Shown piece after piece: positions 13,701 through 25,184 of a stretch of DNA of 64,000 nt (the first letter of the stretch is position 1; every line of letters begins with the position of its first letter). This DNA is from Paragordius varius. Its lineage: Eukaryota; Animalia; Nematomorpha. The stretch covers positions 4,836,001-4,900,000 of the forward strand of contig OZ176053.1 in assembly GCA_964247055.1 (NCBI GenBank), written 5' to 3'. The position numbers and the translations under genes were made by a program. The notes beneath the pieces are model-generated. The model had not been told where the DNA came from, did no database searches, and was given only the letters and a program-made list of their open reading frames with translations.

Positions 13701-14698
13701 CGAGCAAAACAGTTTATACCTTTTATTTTTCTCCGATCATATAATCTAACAGAACCATCCAAACAACCACAAATAACTTGATAAGGGGCTGAGTCATTAA
13801 CCACCATACATGTTACGGGTTGTCCGCAATTAATAGCTATATTCTGAAAAAAAGCATCTAGTTATATAATCACTTTTGGAATAAAAATAATAAAATTATT
13901 ATAGTTAAAAAAGTAACGAATAAATAAAAATTGGACTGGAGAATATTTTAGTTCAATAATTTTTAAAATATTAATTGGTAAATTATGAAATTGTGAGAAA
14001 ATCAAATATTTATTATACATCTTGGCAAAATGAACGATTGCATGAATGTTTGGTTTTGAGATCATAAAAACGAACAGTTCCATCTTCGCCAGCAGATAAA
14101 AAGGTGTCACGATCTAATGGAACCACCTTAAAAACAGGACCATAGTGACATTTAAATAAATTTTCCTTCACGCTTTGGCAATTTATGGTTGATACAATAA
14201 CAGTTTCATTCCCAGCAGACGAAACAATCTAGAATTATAATAATCAAGAAACTTTATCATGGGTATGAGGGAAAAACTTTACGCAAAATATATTAGATGT
14301 ATGGGATGTTGTTACTTTAGAAGTCATTAAATTTTGGTAAAAATCGTAAATAATAATTTTTAAATCGTCCGATCCGGAGGCTAAATAACGACCGTCTGTG
14401 CTCCAATTCAAAGCATTCACCTGTAATTATAATATATCTTACGCATCCTGAATGATAAGATAATTTCTCAACTAATTTCAGGCCAGTTATTTTGCGTTGG
14501 CAATAAGTTTCAATCCTGTTTTCCAACCCATATTGGATTAAATTTAAATACCCTAACATATATTCACCAAATCATATTGTAACAAACATATGAATTAATA
14601 TAAGTAATTTATTTTAATTTGTATCCATGATTTTCAGCCGTATTAATAAAAAATTATTTATTTATCTAACTATTTGACCAAAACTTGTATGCTCCCAT
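1786..14698 (-). CDS. DCAF6: DDB1- and CUL4-associated factor 6 (WD40), multi-exon; the start codon at 14698 is tentative
   Basis: Exons encode [27 protein letters not shown]...[58 protein letters not shown] (~8200-8240), [18 protein letters not shown]...[25 protein letters not shown] and [13 protein letters not shown], all DCAF6-type motifs. Large introns at 3437-7773 and ~8350-13243. Confidence 0.9.
4566..6407 (-). CDS. Intronless rhodopsin-like (class A) 7TM receptor, 613 aa, nested in a DCAF6 intron
   Basis: Open 613-aa ORF with seven hydrophobic segments: N-terminal N-glycosylation sites, TM1 GSLAN, TM2 LTICD, TM3 C...LAVDRC, TM4 W, ECL2 Cys, a very long Asn-rich ICL3, then TM6 and TM7 (SNAILC). 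Confidence 0.8.
   Translation of the reverse strand: MSIHNLIMTFNLSSNNTSSNHIGTSVVQFNIPDTSLDRHLFCQLLLLSTLVGSLANLFLALVIINSPALRKLSPYILILSLTICDMFGAICYTTNYLLFAYAYHIFAPGPKGRAHMDLTCSIMTWFNEIFFLSHSIHMLLLAVDRCLIVCFPFGFASSELWQRLQCCINIKSNQQQRPQKGRNSMSIRISTASCTKLTYFIILGVWFLSVAVRAIQLTASKGVFASFLYACYIDYQGFRPPIFTAHIVWQYLNISATLICYICIIIYIKRKGVRVNEKTGEAGGISQKPTREVPTQISELNNHHNILHSQYNYMINETSHNNNNFDDNTHLKMNAPVKTCCTHNNFAFKILLKIGNVLAKLLVHTLQNIGGKKKTQINYVNSNEDLCLKDNQKGDPQHTKNNNKQLQSFNNHNNNFLNIPGQTLSTACHKQRNKDKNVINKKLGEKYDGSQADEKIDDLTTKTDATNYKNDNLVYSISVSVVAPILTVSHGDKSLINNNAVNPQNNNNNNNTCAKITVSKKRRERDILRYSLTVFFMYLFVTVCFTVTTLKPPPSISLNTTALVGSYMFSYGLLLLFASNAILCFAFINLLKLKAASLCKKFGNRLKQAFTLF
8734..11997 (+). mobile_element. 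Degenerate RTE-clade LINE (APE endonuclease + RT) with an inverted 5' portion (8734-~9730 on the minus strand)
   Basis: Minus part: [28 protein letters not shown] (APE). Plus part: [56 protein letters not shown] and an RGR-rich C-terminus, with frameshifts and stops. (TAA)n tail ~11991-11997; candidate TSD ATAAATTT at 8726-8733 and 11998-12005. Confidence 0.88.
13122..13211. repeat. Perfect 45-bp direct tandem duplication in a DCAF6 intron
   Basis: agttagatgcatattttatataacgtatttatgcgtattgacaac occurs twice back to back (13122-13166, 13167-13211). Confidence 0.9.
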
Positions 14699-15082
14699 CT
14701 CGGAGTTTTTAATGTGTAGCGGAAGTCACTGTTTCTTGGATATAGCTGAATTTTTTCGACTTAAAACTTTTCCCTTAAAGTGTACTAAACCGAAACAATT
14801 TTTAGCTTGAAAGATAAGATATTAAATGAAAATACTCTAAATTTTTAAATTATGGGATCCGCTGAATAAGTCTACAATCTAAAGCTCATATTCCGTGTTA
14901 TTGTCATTGCTTGTATTTTATCAAAAAAGTGCGATTTGCTTTATGCTTCAAATAAAGCGTAGTAGTGTCAAAAAATTCCCGCAATTAATTTATTAATAGA
15001 AATATAAAAAACAAAATTGAGGAAAACTTCAGTTGTCTTTTTTTATTTTATGCATAAGTGTTATATTTTTTATTCGGTTCAC
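14699..15082. promoter_or_regulatory. Putative bidirectional promoter between DCAF6 and MRPL9; ETS-like GCGGAAGT at 14719-14726
   Basis: Head-to-head start codons ~385 bp apart; the motif was seen by eye only. Confidence 0.4.
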
Positions 15083-18000
15083 ATGCTCCGCACTTTGATC
15101 GGGACTAGAGTAAGAAGTTAATTTTTATACTAAGAATTTGACGTATCGTTTGGCACGAATATCCGAAGATAAGGATTTTCATCAAAAGCCAATGAAAAAA
15201 GAACCCTATGAAAGAAAACAAATAGTTTATGAGGAGCTTCCTATGTATTCTCTTAATCCAACCGGCAAACTAAAAGTAATTCTTTGTGAAACAGTTGAAG
15301 GTAAATATATTTTTAATGTTTTAGATCTAGGAGTGAGAGGGGATATCATAGAGGTACGAAAAGAACAAGCTTATAACGAATTATTTCCACCAGGTTTGGC
15401 TCTTTATGCCTCACCTGATAATATTAAAAAATATTCGACCAGTGAAAACACTTTTACGGGATCTGCTTTTTCGATAGGAGTATATATTAATATATTTTTT
15501 AATCGCTTTGACTTTTAATATTTTATTATTTATATTCCGCAATTCAATAAATATTTTATGACATTTATTATCAAAAATATCCATGATTATTATGCATAAT
15601 ACTTTATTTCATATATAGGTCATCCGAAATTTAAAGGAAATCAATTTACGAATCCTTATGAACGGTGATAATGATTGGACTTTATTGCCTAAACATATAT
15701 CAGTCGCTTTCAGATTAAATGTATGATGCGCAAATAATATGCTTACTTTTTTATTTATTAAAATTATATGATCTAAACTAGATATAAGCAATTTAGAACT
15801 AAATTATAAATATAAAATTATCTCATATTAATTGAGAAATTATTATATTATCAGTAAATATCTATAAAATAGTTATTTTTAATAAAGGCTTTTGAATATT
15901 TGTGGAAAATAACTCTCACCCTTTTATGCGAAACTATTTTTGCACGTGGAAATTTTCTGACATGTTTGGAACATTTTACCATGCCTAAGGTGACCAGACG
16001 TCCCGCTTTTGGCGGGACAGTCCCACTTTTTCACACTTTGTCCCGCGTCCCGCTGCGTTTTAGAAATGTCCCGCTTTTTCACGATTATATAAAATTAAAT
16101 TTTTTAAATACATTAAAATTTTTTATAAAAAATTATTTTTTTTTATCCGTTTAAATTTATCATTAGTTATCTTTAAAATCTATATCAATTTTAAATTAAA
16201 GTTTTTTATTTGAAGCCATTGTATGCATTGTCCTTTCGCCATATGCATTTTCTGAATACAAAAAGATTTGCTGAAAATTAATTTCATATCGCCATACTAC
16301 GTTAATAAAATATTTTGGTCCAGAAACCGGAGTAAAATTAAAATTTTAAATTTTATTTCTCTACTCGGTGCGAATCCCGACATAATTTTACTTCAATAAT
16401 GAATATTCTAGGAAAAAATAATTTAAAAGACAAAATCATCGCATATTGCGGTGACAACACCAATACGAACTTCGGTGGAAATGCAAGGAGGGGAACAAAA
16501 AATAATTTTCAGTAATTAGCAGATAATCTTAATCAAAACAATATTCGTTGGGTATGTAGCGCATATAACACACAACGCTATTCAAACAGCTGCTGATTTG
16601 TTACCCCTAGATGTGGTAAATGTAGTTGTTAAGGTATATTCCTATTTTTATATACACGGTGCGCGTTGAAACGCCTAAGAAATTCTGTGCAAATGCAGAA
16701 GTTCAATATTAAAAAATGCTTGGATATTGTAAAACTCGTTAGTTTGCTCTTCTGCCAGCTATCGAAAGAATTTTAAAAAATGATCTTTTAAAATCCTAAT
16801 TTTTTATCACAGGACAAATGTCCTACAACTTTGGAAAAGTTTTTTGAAAGTGATTCTTCAATATGGTTAGAGTTCCTACATAATCAAGCTTTTCTCTTTC
16901 AAAATGTTATTAAATTGATAGAAAGTGACAAAACTTCGGCCATCGAAGTAGCCAATGAAGTTAACCTAAAATTCCAATGTCAAGAAAGGTTATAAAATAA
17001 TTTTATACCAGTAACCATCCGCAATATTATAAATAATTTAAAAAAAACAGGCTTAATAAAACGCCAAGATATCCTGTACCATTAAAAATGTTTCATACAA
17101 ACTGTAAAGATTATTGGAAGACTGGACGGTGCAATTTAATGAAATTGATCATTTTCATTGGATAACATTAAAACCAGAATTTAATTGGTGCGATGTTCAA
17201 AAATCATTTCTGCAACTACCAAAAATTCCCAAAAAGTAACCTTTCAGAAAATATCTTTTTTCTAAAGTATCATTAGTTATAAAATATATTAATAATGAAA
17301 AACTTAAATTATGGATAACAGAAAAAAATACAGTAGAAAAGAAAAGGTTAGAAATATTTCATCATTTTGAAACAAACTATGTTCCATACAATTTAAAAAT
17401 TGTAGAATTTGAATTATCTTTACGTGGAACCAACGCTGCTACTTATATTTATTGGTTATAAAGACGGTTTGCATTTTGGTTAAATTATTATGTGTAAGCA
17501 TTTTTTTTATCCAATTTAATGATTACAATGAAATCCTATAATTTAATTTATTACTATTAATCAAAATTTTTGCTGTCCTATAAAAAAATCCATATGTTTG
17601 GACATTTGTAACGGTAAAATTTATCAAATTATCGTTATGAAAATCGGTCACATTTTATCCAAGACTCATATATCTTTTAAAAATGGTATAATAATTAACC
17701 AATAATTTTATATCTATATTTTTAGTGTTTTTAGGGAATTTTATTATCTTAGAAATATTGTGTGCCGGAACATTGTATTACTATACCGAACCCCATCACA
17801 TACAAAGCAAATGTTAATGATATGAGTGTTATCATGGAAAATTTCAAAATTAGCGTTCGGGTATATTTTTTATTTCATTTATGCAAAATAAAAGTCAAAT
17901 TATATACTTAGAAAATAAGAATTTTGTTAAATATCAATTTTTGCAATATTTTTTCAAATGCTCAGCTTATGTATCAAGATCAATTTATTATTTATATTCA

Positions 18001-18227
18001 AGTATGAAATTTTTTTCCAAAATTTAAAATAGGTTTTTATTTCCATTAAATTATTTTTGTATATAATTATGATAAATTTTACTAATTACAAAATCAATTT
18101 TGAATATTTGCAGATTAATAACCGGGAATCCATACCTGTACAATGCCATATTGACCTTTACAGCAAAGACATGATGAAAATGAAAGAAATTTTGAAAAAC
18201 AAAGAAAAATATTTAGAACAAACATAA
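15083..18227 (+). CDS. MRPL9: Mitochondrial ribosomal protein L9, multi-exon
   Basis: LKVILCETVEDLGVRGDIIEVRKEQAYNELFPPGLALYASPDN (bL9 N-domain) after removing 25-nt (15110-15134) and 24-nt (15301-15324) introns. Later exons: VIRNLKEINLRILMNGDNDWTL, KYCVPEHCITIPNPIT...FKISVR, INNRESIPVQCHI...EQT*. A 2-kb intron (15721-17751) carries a hAT remnant. Confidence 0.85.
15985..17430 (+). mobile_element. Degenerate hAT transposon (left TIR region plus transposase remnant) in an MRPL9 intron
   Basis: Left end taaggtgaccagacgtcccg with subterminal GTCCCG repeats; broken translation IIAYCGDNTNTNFGG, CSAHITHNAIQTAAD, VVKVYSYF, KTR-FALLPAIERIL. Confidence 0.8.
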
Positions 18228-18238
18228 ATAAATTTATT
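18227..18238. terminator. Palindromic back-to-back poly(A) hexamers AATAAATTTATT between convergent MRPL9 and DTYMK
   Basis: AATAAA at 18227-18232 on + overlaps the MRPL9 stop; TTTATT at 18233-18238 is AATAAA on -. The stop codons are only 36 nt apart. Confidence 0.55.
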
Positions 18239-18263
18239 TATAATAATTGTATATATTGATAGT

Positions 18264-18979
18264 CTACCATAATTTAGACAATATATTTTGCCGGAGATGC
18301 ATATTATCTATAGTTTGTTGAAAAATATTGTTTGATATTAGTTCGGGTTCTTCTGAGGCGTCTATAATCTTTTAAATATATTTTTAAACAATACCCTCCA
18401 ATTATCATCCCGCAAACGCATAAATTCCTTATGTACTTTGGTTTGAAAATCGACTGTTTCATACCGTTCGTGACCAAAACTTGGACGCGTTTGTAAAACT
18501 GTCGGGTTTATGTCCATATAAAAAACAATATCCGGTTTAATTAGACCCTTGTCTGACATTTTACACCACTCTATATCAAGGCCCTTTCATTTAAAAATAA
18601 ATATTACTTTTTTAGCGGTTGAAAATGCTACTCCGGAATATGCATATCTATCAACAATCAAATGATATCCTTGTTGAAGACAATTTTCTATTTCATTCCT
18701 ATATATATATTTTCTAATAACATTTTTTCCCATCTATTGGCCGAAAACATAAGATGTATTGCATGGTCATCAATCGTATTTTCATTTTTTAAATATTGGT
18801 TTATGATTTTTCCTATTATAGTAGTCCTATCTAAATTATTTAATACAAGTACCTGGAAAATTTAGATGTTTTGCTTTAAAATTTAATTCCAGTAATCGTT
18901 CGTACAATTTTACGGATTGTGTGGATTTTCCAGAGGCATCGCAGCCTTCAAATACTATGAATAACCCGCGTGTTTGCAT
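18264..18979 (-). CDS. DTYMK: Thymidylate kinase; five exons separated by 22, 23, 24 and 26-nt introns
   Basis: MQTRGLFIVFEGCDASGKSTQ (P-loop), NFP/DRTTIIGKII, HLMFSANRWE, LIVDRYAYSGVAFS, GLIKPDIVFYMD, GHERYE. Introns at 18831-18852, 18699-18721, 18584-18607, 18369-18394. Confidence 0.95.
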
Positions 18980-19193
18980 TGCTGATTAAATGTGTGATTG
19001 TGTTTTAACTGCAGTAAAATTTGTCCAATTTTTAAAGTAAAAAAACCAATTAAGTATTATCTATAAATAGGTGGACTTATTTTAGTATGATTTTTTTTCA
19101 AAATATTTTGGCTTATTTGTAAAACTTTTATTAGGAAGCATAAATTTTAATTGTAACCGTTTCTTTCAATATTTTTTTAAAATATCCATTTAA

Positions 19194-19729
19194 CACTTCG
19201 ATTCAAAGTGGGGTATCTAAATACCCCAGACTAAATTTAAATTTATATTTTTAAAAAACTACTGAAGGAAACGGTCCCAATTTAAATTTATGCCTCTAAC
19301 CTAATAAAAATTATATAAATATTCAAAAAAATTTATATAAAATTTTGTTTTGAAAAAAAAGTTCCATGTCACACTACTTCGACGCCATTTTTATTTTGCA
19401 AAATTTTTGCAAAATATCGTCTTAGTTTTAAAAGTAAAATTAAAGCTAATTTTTTATTAAAATAACATCTAACATTGATCGAAATAGAAAAAGCGGTTTA
19501 TTTTGTATTATTTTTTAAATTTCCTATTTCACACTTGTCATGTTGACGAAATTTTTACCTTTCGGTTTTCGCTCAAGTAATATCAAGTATTTTTGAATAA
19601 AATTTATATATTTCTGTTTATTAATGTTATATAAGTGCAAAATTTTGCCATGGTTTTGATATCTACCATACTTTTTAAAGTATTTAATTTTAAACGGGGT
19701 ATCCAACTACCCCAATTTGAATCGAAGGA
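19194..19729. mobile_element. MITE with ~20-bp imperfect TIRs at a TTAA-like site; a further left-end fragment near 19939
   Basis: Left ttaa|cacttcgattcaaagtgggg, right ccccaatttgaatcgaagga|ctaa. Confidence 0.6.
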
Positions 19730-21516
19730 CTAAAATGAGTGTCTTGTATCCAAGTGTTAAATATATTGTGGGGTCACTACTCAATATAAATTAAAGTTTT
19801 ACACTTCATTATCTTTTGGGTTGTTTTATATCTCAGAGCGATTTCTCATTTAAATAAAAAAAATGTTTAAGTTACTAAGCCCAATTTAATATGTTATCGT
19901 TAGTTTTTTAGGTGTATTAAACTATTTTTTTTAATTTAGCACTTCGATTTAATTTGGGGTATCTAAATAACGAGACAATATTTAAAATTAAATTTTTAAA
20001 AAAATACTAAAAAACGGCTCCAATTTTTATGCTTATATCTTAATATAAATTATATAAATAAGCCAAAATACAAATTTGGTTATCTGAATACCCAGACAAT
20101 AATTAAGTTGACTTTTAAAATACTACTGAAAACGGTTCCAATTTTAATTTATACTTCCATCCTATTAAAAATTATATAAGTAAGTTAAAATATCTAAATG
20201 AATCTTTGGGTTATAACAATTTGACTTGACATGTAAGTTTTTCAAGACAGGTTTGCTTTCATGTGATAAAAAAAATTTAACATTAAGAGACCAAAGGCAA
20301 CAAAACTTGATTCGGAGGTGATAAAATAATCTTATGATCAAGTTAAATTTAGGCAAGTATGGTGTAGGGCACTATTGACAAATTTAAAAATATGGATAAA
20401 ATTAGTTTGCTAATTATGTATAGAATTTAAATTTTATAGGTAATTGAACTTTGTTAATGCTAAAAATTGTATATTTGATAATTATTGGCTAATTAACCTA
20501 TTTAAATTGGGTGGATACAAATAGGGATAATTAGAAAATCGGTTAAAATTTAAGAACAATGCATATAAAATATACTAAATTTAGCAATTCCGTGAACGCG
20601 CAAAAAAATTTGATTCTCGAAAATATCTTAAAATAAACAATTAAATACTAATCTTGTTTAAAATTTGCAAATCTTCGTTTAACATAAAATAATCGCTAAA
20701 GGTTAAATTTCTATTAAAACATGTAAAGACTTTATTTCATCATAAATTTATTTAAAATGTAATGTCTATATCAATTAAAAATAATGATATGTTATATTGC
20801 ATAAACATCTTTATAATTGAAAATGGACCTTTAATAAAAAAATGTTGTGTGGTAAAATGTTGGAGAGGGTTCCAATGACGAATGGAGTCACTTAAAAATT
20901 CATTGATATTTGGAAAAATCTATATTATTAAAAATACGTGCTGAGTTTAAAAAACTTTAATAAATGCATGTATTGCTTGTTTATCTTTTTTGGCCTTATT
21001 TCACAAATTTTGGCTGATAATGATCAAAATAACTTTCTTTAAATTCCAATTGAGCGGCAAAAAAATGTTTCCTTCATAAGAAAAATGATTTAATTGTTTT
21101 TTCACCGATCTTCAAGCGCAGACTTGCTGGTTTAAGTAAACTTTCTCAACTTGCTACCCTTGACTTACGGGTCAAGTGCGACTTTATCACTTCACCCTAA
21201 GTGTGTATTTTTAGATAATAATTTTGCTGTAAATTAATTTTTATAATGAACAACCAAATTTTTAAATTGGATGTAATAAATTTATATGGTCTCAGACATT
21301 TTCGGAAAGGTTCGGCAAGCTTGGTTATTTATATAGTGGCGGATTCAGCACAGAGGGCCTTAACCATTGTCTAATTATAAAGCGCTTAAATAGAATTTTT
21401 TATTGAAAATAAAAACACATATTAAACCAATGTAGCCTCATGTTTCCCGAAAATTGCTGCACATTAATGAAGATATTAAAAATTTCTTTATCTATGTCAG
21501 AATTGTTTATTTAGGC

Positions 21517-21782
21517 CAGAGTTGGCCAACATGCGGCGCTCTGAGACTTTATGTGCGGTCCGCAAAAAACTTGGAAATTCATAAATTATAAAAATATATT
21601 CACACTTAATAAAATTGATGTTTCCCAAACAATTTCACTAAATATGTCTATTCAATTGGCAAGAACTAGAAATAATTGATATATTGGGTTTAATCTTATG
21701 TTTGTAATCTAATGAATCCCTTATGAATGCCCATATATATTTCGAATGCGGCCAGCGAAGCCATTTGTGTTGGACACCCCTG
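21517..21782. mobile_element. hAT-type MITE, same family as 40729-41034 and ~58750-59031
   Basis: Left end cagagttggccaac, right end gaagccatttgtgttggacacccctg; internal sequence shared with the other copies. Confidence 0.6.
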
Positions 21783-23150
21783 GTTTGAGTGATATCATAT
21801 CATCTTTCGATAATTAAAATTTTTTATAATTTTATATATATATATATATATATCCAGATTTAAATGTATAAATAGCAATAATTAAAAGTCGATGTTTAAA
21901 ATCTCACAAATTTCCAATAAGCGATTGTTTTGAGGACTCTGGTTAAAATAGTAGGTAAAATTTAGGTCCCAAAAGGGTCTTGATGATATTAATGGATTGC
22001 TGTTATTTTTGAATCAAATCATGCATACAATAAAGAAAAATTTATAAAATATATTACATTTCTGAATCAAGTATAAAAAATATAGATTGATTTATGGAGA
22101 GGTAAAAAAATGTAATAAATGTCACTTTCATTTCAAATGTTATATGTGTCCATATTTTTAGATAACAAACTGTGCCCTGTCACACCTAATATAGACATCT
22201 TAGACGCTAGTTACCCAAAAGTTTTAAAAATAAATCTAATATTTTAATAGTCGCTGGAACTCATAGGTATTATTGCTAAAGTTGAAATAATTTACACAAC
22301 ATGCCATATATATATTTATATCGGGGGCGCTATTCGAAAAAGGGGATCAACAAAATTGTAATCTATATATGAGGATTATTTCGAAACATTATTTAATAGT
22401 TATGATCTCATACAGTGGCGTACCGAGGGGGGGTGAGGGGGAGCATCATGCCCCGGGCGCCGCTATTTAGGGGCGCCTAAATGTTTTTTTTATTAAATTT
22501 TAATTATTTAAAAAAAAATTTCAAGTAATATTAGCAATTTACGTAATAATCCTTAAAACAATATAAAAATTATATAAATGAGATCAACAAACATTATGCA
22601 AAAAAGAACTTTCATGCAGGTATTCCCTTCAACATACGCAAACTTATTTTTTCGCTTTAAAAAAGTTTCTTTATCACGCACATATTGTTAATTCTTTTAT
22701 TGTCTTTAATTGAATTATTTTAACTTGACTCTCTGCTCAAAACCTTATCTCTTATTCTTTTAATTGCATTTTTATTAATTCAATTTCTAAACCCAATTTT
22801 ATTTATTTAGATCCCTAAGATCATTCCATATCTAACAACGGTTTTTATTATTAGTATAGCCTTGTAATTTTTATTATTATTTTCATTTTCATCAGATATC
22901 AATGCCCAAACTCAGCGGTTACGCAAATAGGAAACGAAAGAGAATAAAACAAATAAAATGCGAATGAGTATGAAATCTTATCTAACGAAAATATCTGACC
23001 ATAACATTAAAAGTGTTTGCGACAAACGGTACCCCTTAATAATAAAAACTTAAATACACCTGAAACCCTAGTTATTGATATTTCCATATTATATTTATTA
23101 GAATATTTCCATGTATGTGTTTGAATATGAATAGTAGTTTTATATATATA

Positions 23151-24335
23151 CACTGTGCAAAAAAAGAGGGTTAATTTTTTTAACAAAAAAGTTTTTTTCA
23201 TAAGATAGCTTATGACCAGGGAATTCATTTGCCGCAAAAATTTATATTTGTTGACAACCTAGTTTTTAAAATATTGAGAGAAAATCATAAACGGGCAAAA
23301 ATTGAAAATTAAGGATAATTAAATTTTAAAAATAATGATAAATGAGATATTAGAGTTTTTTATCATTTATTTATTTTTTTCAATATATAAATAGCCTAAA
23401 ATCATTTAGTTAAGGTTTCTATAAAATCTCAGATCAAAAGATGGCTTTTCTTTTAACACGCTTAGACACTATTGAAATTTATACATTCATATTTTATTCA
23501 GTAAAAAAACTTATATATCAAAATAAAACCAAAAAATATTGTTTTTTATTTTTACATTTTTCTCTCATCCGGTTTATGAGTGTATAAAAAATTTATACTG
23601 TTTTATTTTGGAATCTTACATGAGTGGGAGTTATAAAGTATATATTTTTTCAAAATAGCATTTAAAAATAGCAGAATATCAACCAACAATCCTTACAAAA
23701 CCTTGTAAATCTGTTTTAAGACAAATTAATATTTTTGTGATTTGAACGGATTGTTGATTGATAATACACTACTTTTAAATGCTATTTGCATAAATTATAC
23801 ACTTTATGATTCCCACTCATGTAAGATTCCAAAATAAAACAGATAAATTTTTTATACACTCATAAACCAGATGACAAAAAAATGAAAAAATAAAAAACAA
23901 CATTTTTTGGTTTTATTTTGATATAGAAATTTTTTTTACCGAATAAAATATGAATGTTAAATAGTGAGTTAAGCTAGTAATTAAAAAAAATATTTTAATA
24001 TAATTCTATAAAATTTTTTGTCTTTTAAGTGAGTTAAAAGAAAAATGCCATCCTTTGACCTGAGATTTTATAAAAACCCTAACTAAATGATTTTAGGCTA
24101 TTTATATATTGAAAATATCTCATAAAATGATAATAAACCATAATATCTCAAATTTTATCATTATGTTTTGAATTATCCCTAATTATCCTTAATTTTCACT
24201 TTTTGCCCGATTTCAATTTTCTCTCAATATTTTAAAAACTAGGTCGTCAACAAATAAATATTTTTGCGAAAAATGAATACGCTGTTCATTGCTAGCTCAT
24301 GAAAAAAAAAATATTTTGTTAAAAAAAATTTTCAC

Positions 24336-24337
<2 letters not shown>
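23151..24337. mobile_element. ~1.2-kb fold-back (near-palindromic) MITE in a TA context, nested in the hAT element
   Basis: Arms of roughly 550 bp (23151-~23700 versus ~23750-24337) are reverse-complementary, e.g. ttgttgacaacctagtttttaaaatattgagag / ctctcaatattttaaaaactaggtcgtcaacaa. Confidence 0.75.
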
Positions 24338-24377
<40 letters not shown>

Positions 24378-24379
<2 letters not shown>

Positions 24380-24939
24380 ATTTGCGCTTCATGAGTGTCA
24401 TTGAAACCTTCAAGTTAATCCTTGAACACTTCAAGTTGGTCCTTTGACTTTTTTGTTTTGTTTTTAACTTTTATCAATCAAATCGTATATCATTCATCTA
24501 GTTTATCGTTTTTAACCTATTTTTTAATTTACCATAAATTTTAAATAAATATCAACTTTTAATCATTAAGAAACCGTATATCTTTATTAATTTCTTATTA
24601 CTATTTTAGATATTTATAGGATTTTAACACTTAATTAAAAAATATTAAGTTTTTTGGGATATTATAAACAATTTTTTATTGTAAACATTTGGTTAATAAT
24701 TTTATTAAATGGGAAAAAAATTAGTTTAAAACAAAAAAATTGTTTTTGATAAAAAAATTTTATTTTTAAATGAATAAATATAAAATAATTAAACAAATTT
24801 GGTTAAAAAATATTAAAATAAATGCAAAAATTATGGTTAAATTAAAACTCTAAAATTTTAAGGACCAACTTGAAGTGTACAATGACCAATTTTGCTCAAG
24901 GGCATGAAATGTTCAAGGACAGTCTCAAAGTGTCAATGG
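24378..24939. mobile_element. TA-flanked MITE (CCATTTG... family), copy 1
   Basis: ta|ccatttgcg ... gtcaatgg|ta; subterminal ttcaagttggtccttgaac repeats shared with 57992-58441 and 59942-60426. Confidence 0.7.
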
Positions 24940-25184
24940 TATATATATTAGATTTAAAATTTATATGGTGCTGTCTTATCTGTGGTGTTTAGGTTGCAAC
25001 GTTTGTATTTTTTTTACTAATTTGTTTTATTACCTTTCAAAACGAGGAGGGGGAGCGCCATAAGAGTATTATGCCAGCGCCGCAAATGCTCGGTACGCCA
25101 CTGATCTCATAGGATTTTAAAAACGGTGCTTCATAGAATTTTTAAAACTGTGGATTCATACTGATATATTGTTTACTGATGTGA

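Larger units (their letters stand above)
22413..25103. mobile_element. Non-autonomous hAT element, 2.7 kb, with perfect 15-bp TIRs and an 8-bp TSD
   Basis: CAGTGGCGTACCGAG ... CTCGGTACGCCACTG, flanked by ATCTCATA at 22405-22412 and 25104-25111. Confidence 0.9.

Noticed and set aside
24338-24374. (TA)n runs here and at ~3505, 4150, 21835 and 51655
   Set aside because: Ordinary microsatellites in an AT-rich genome.
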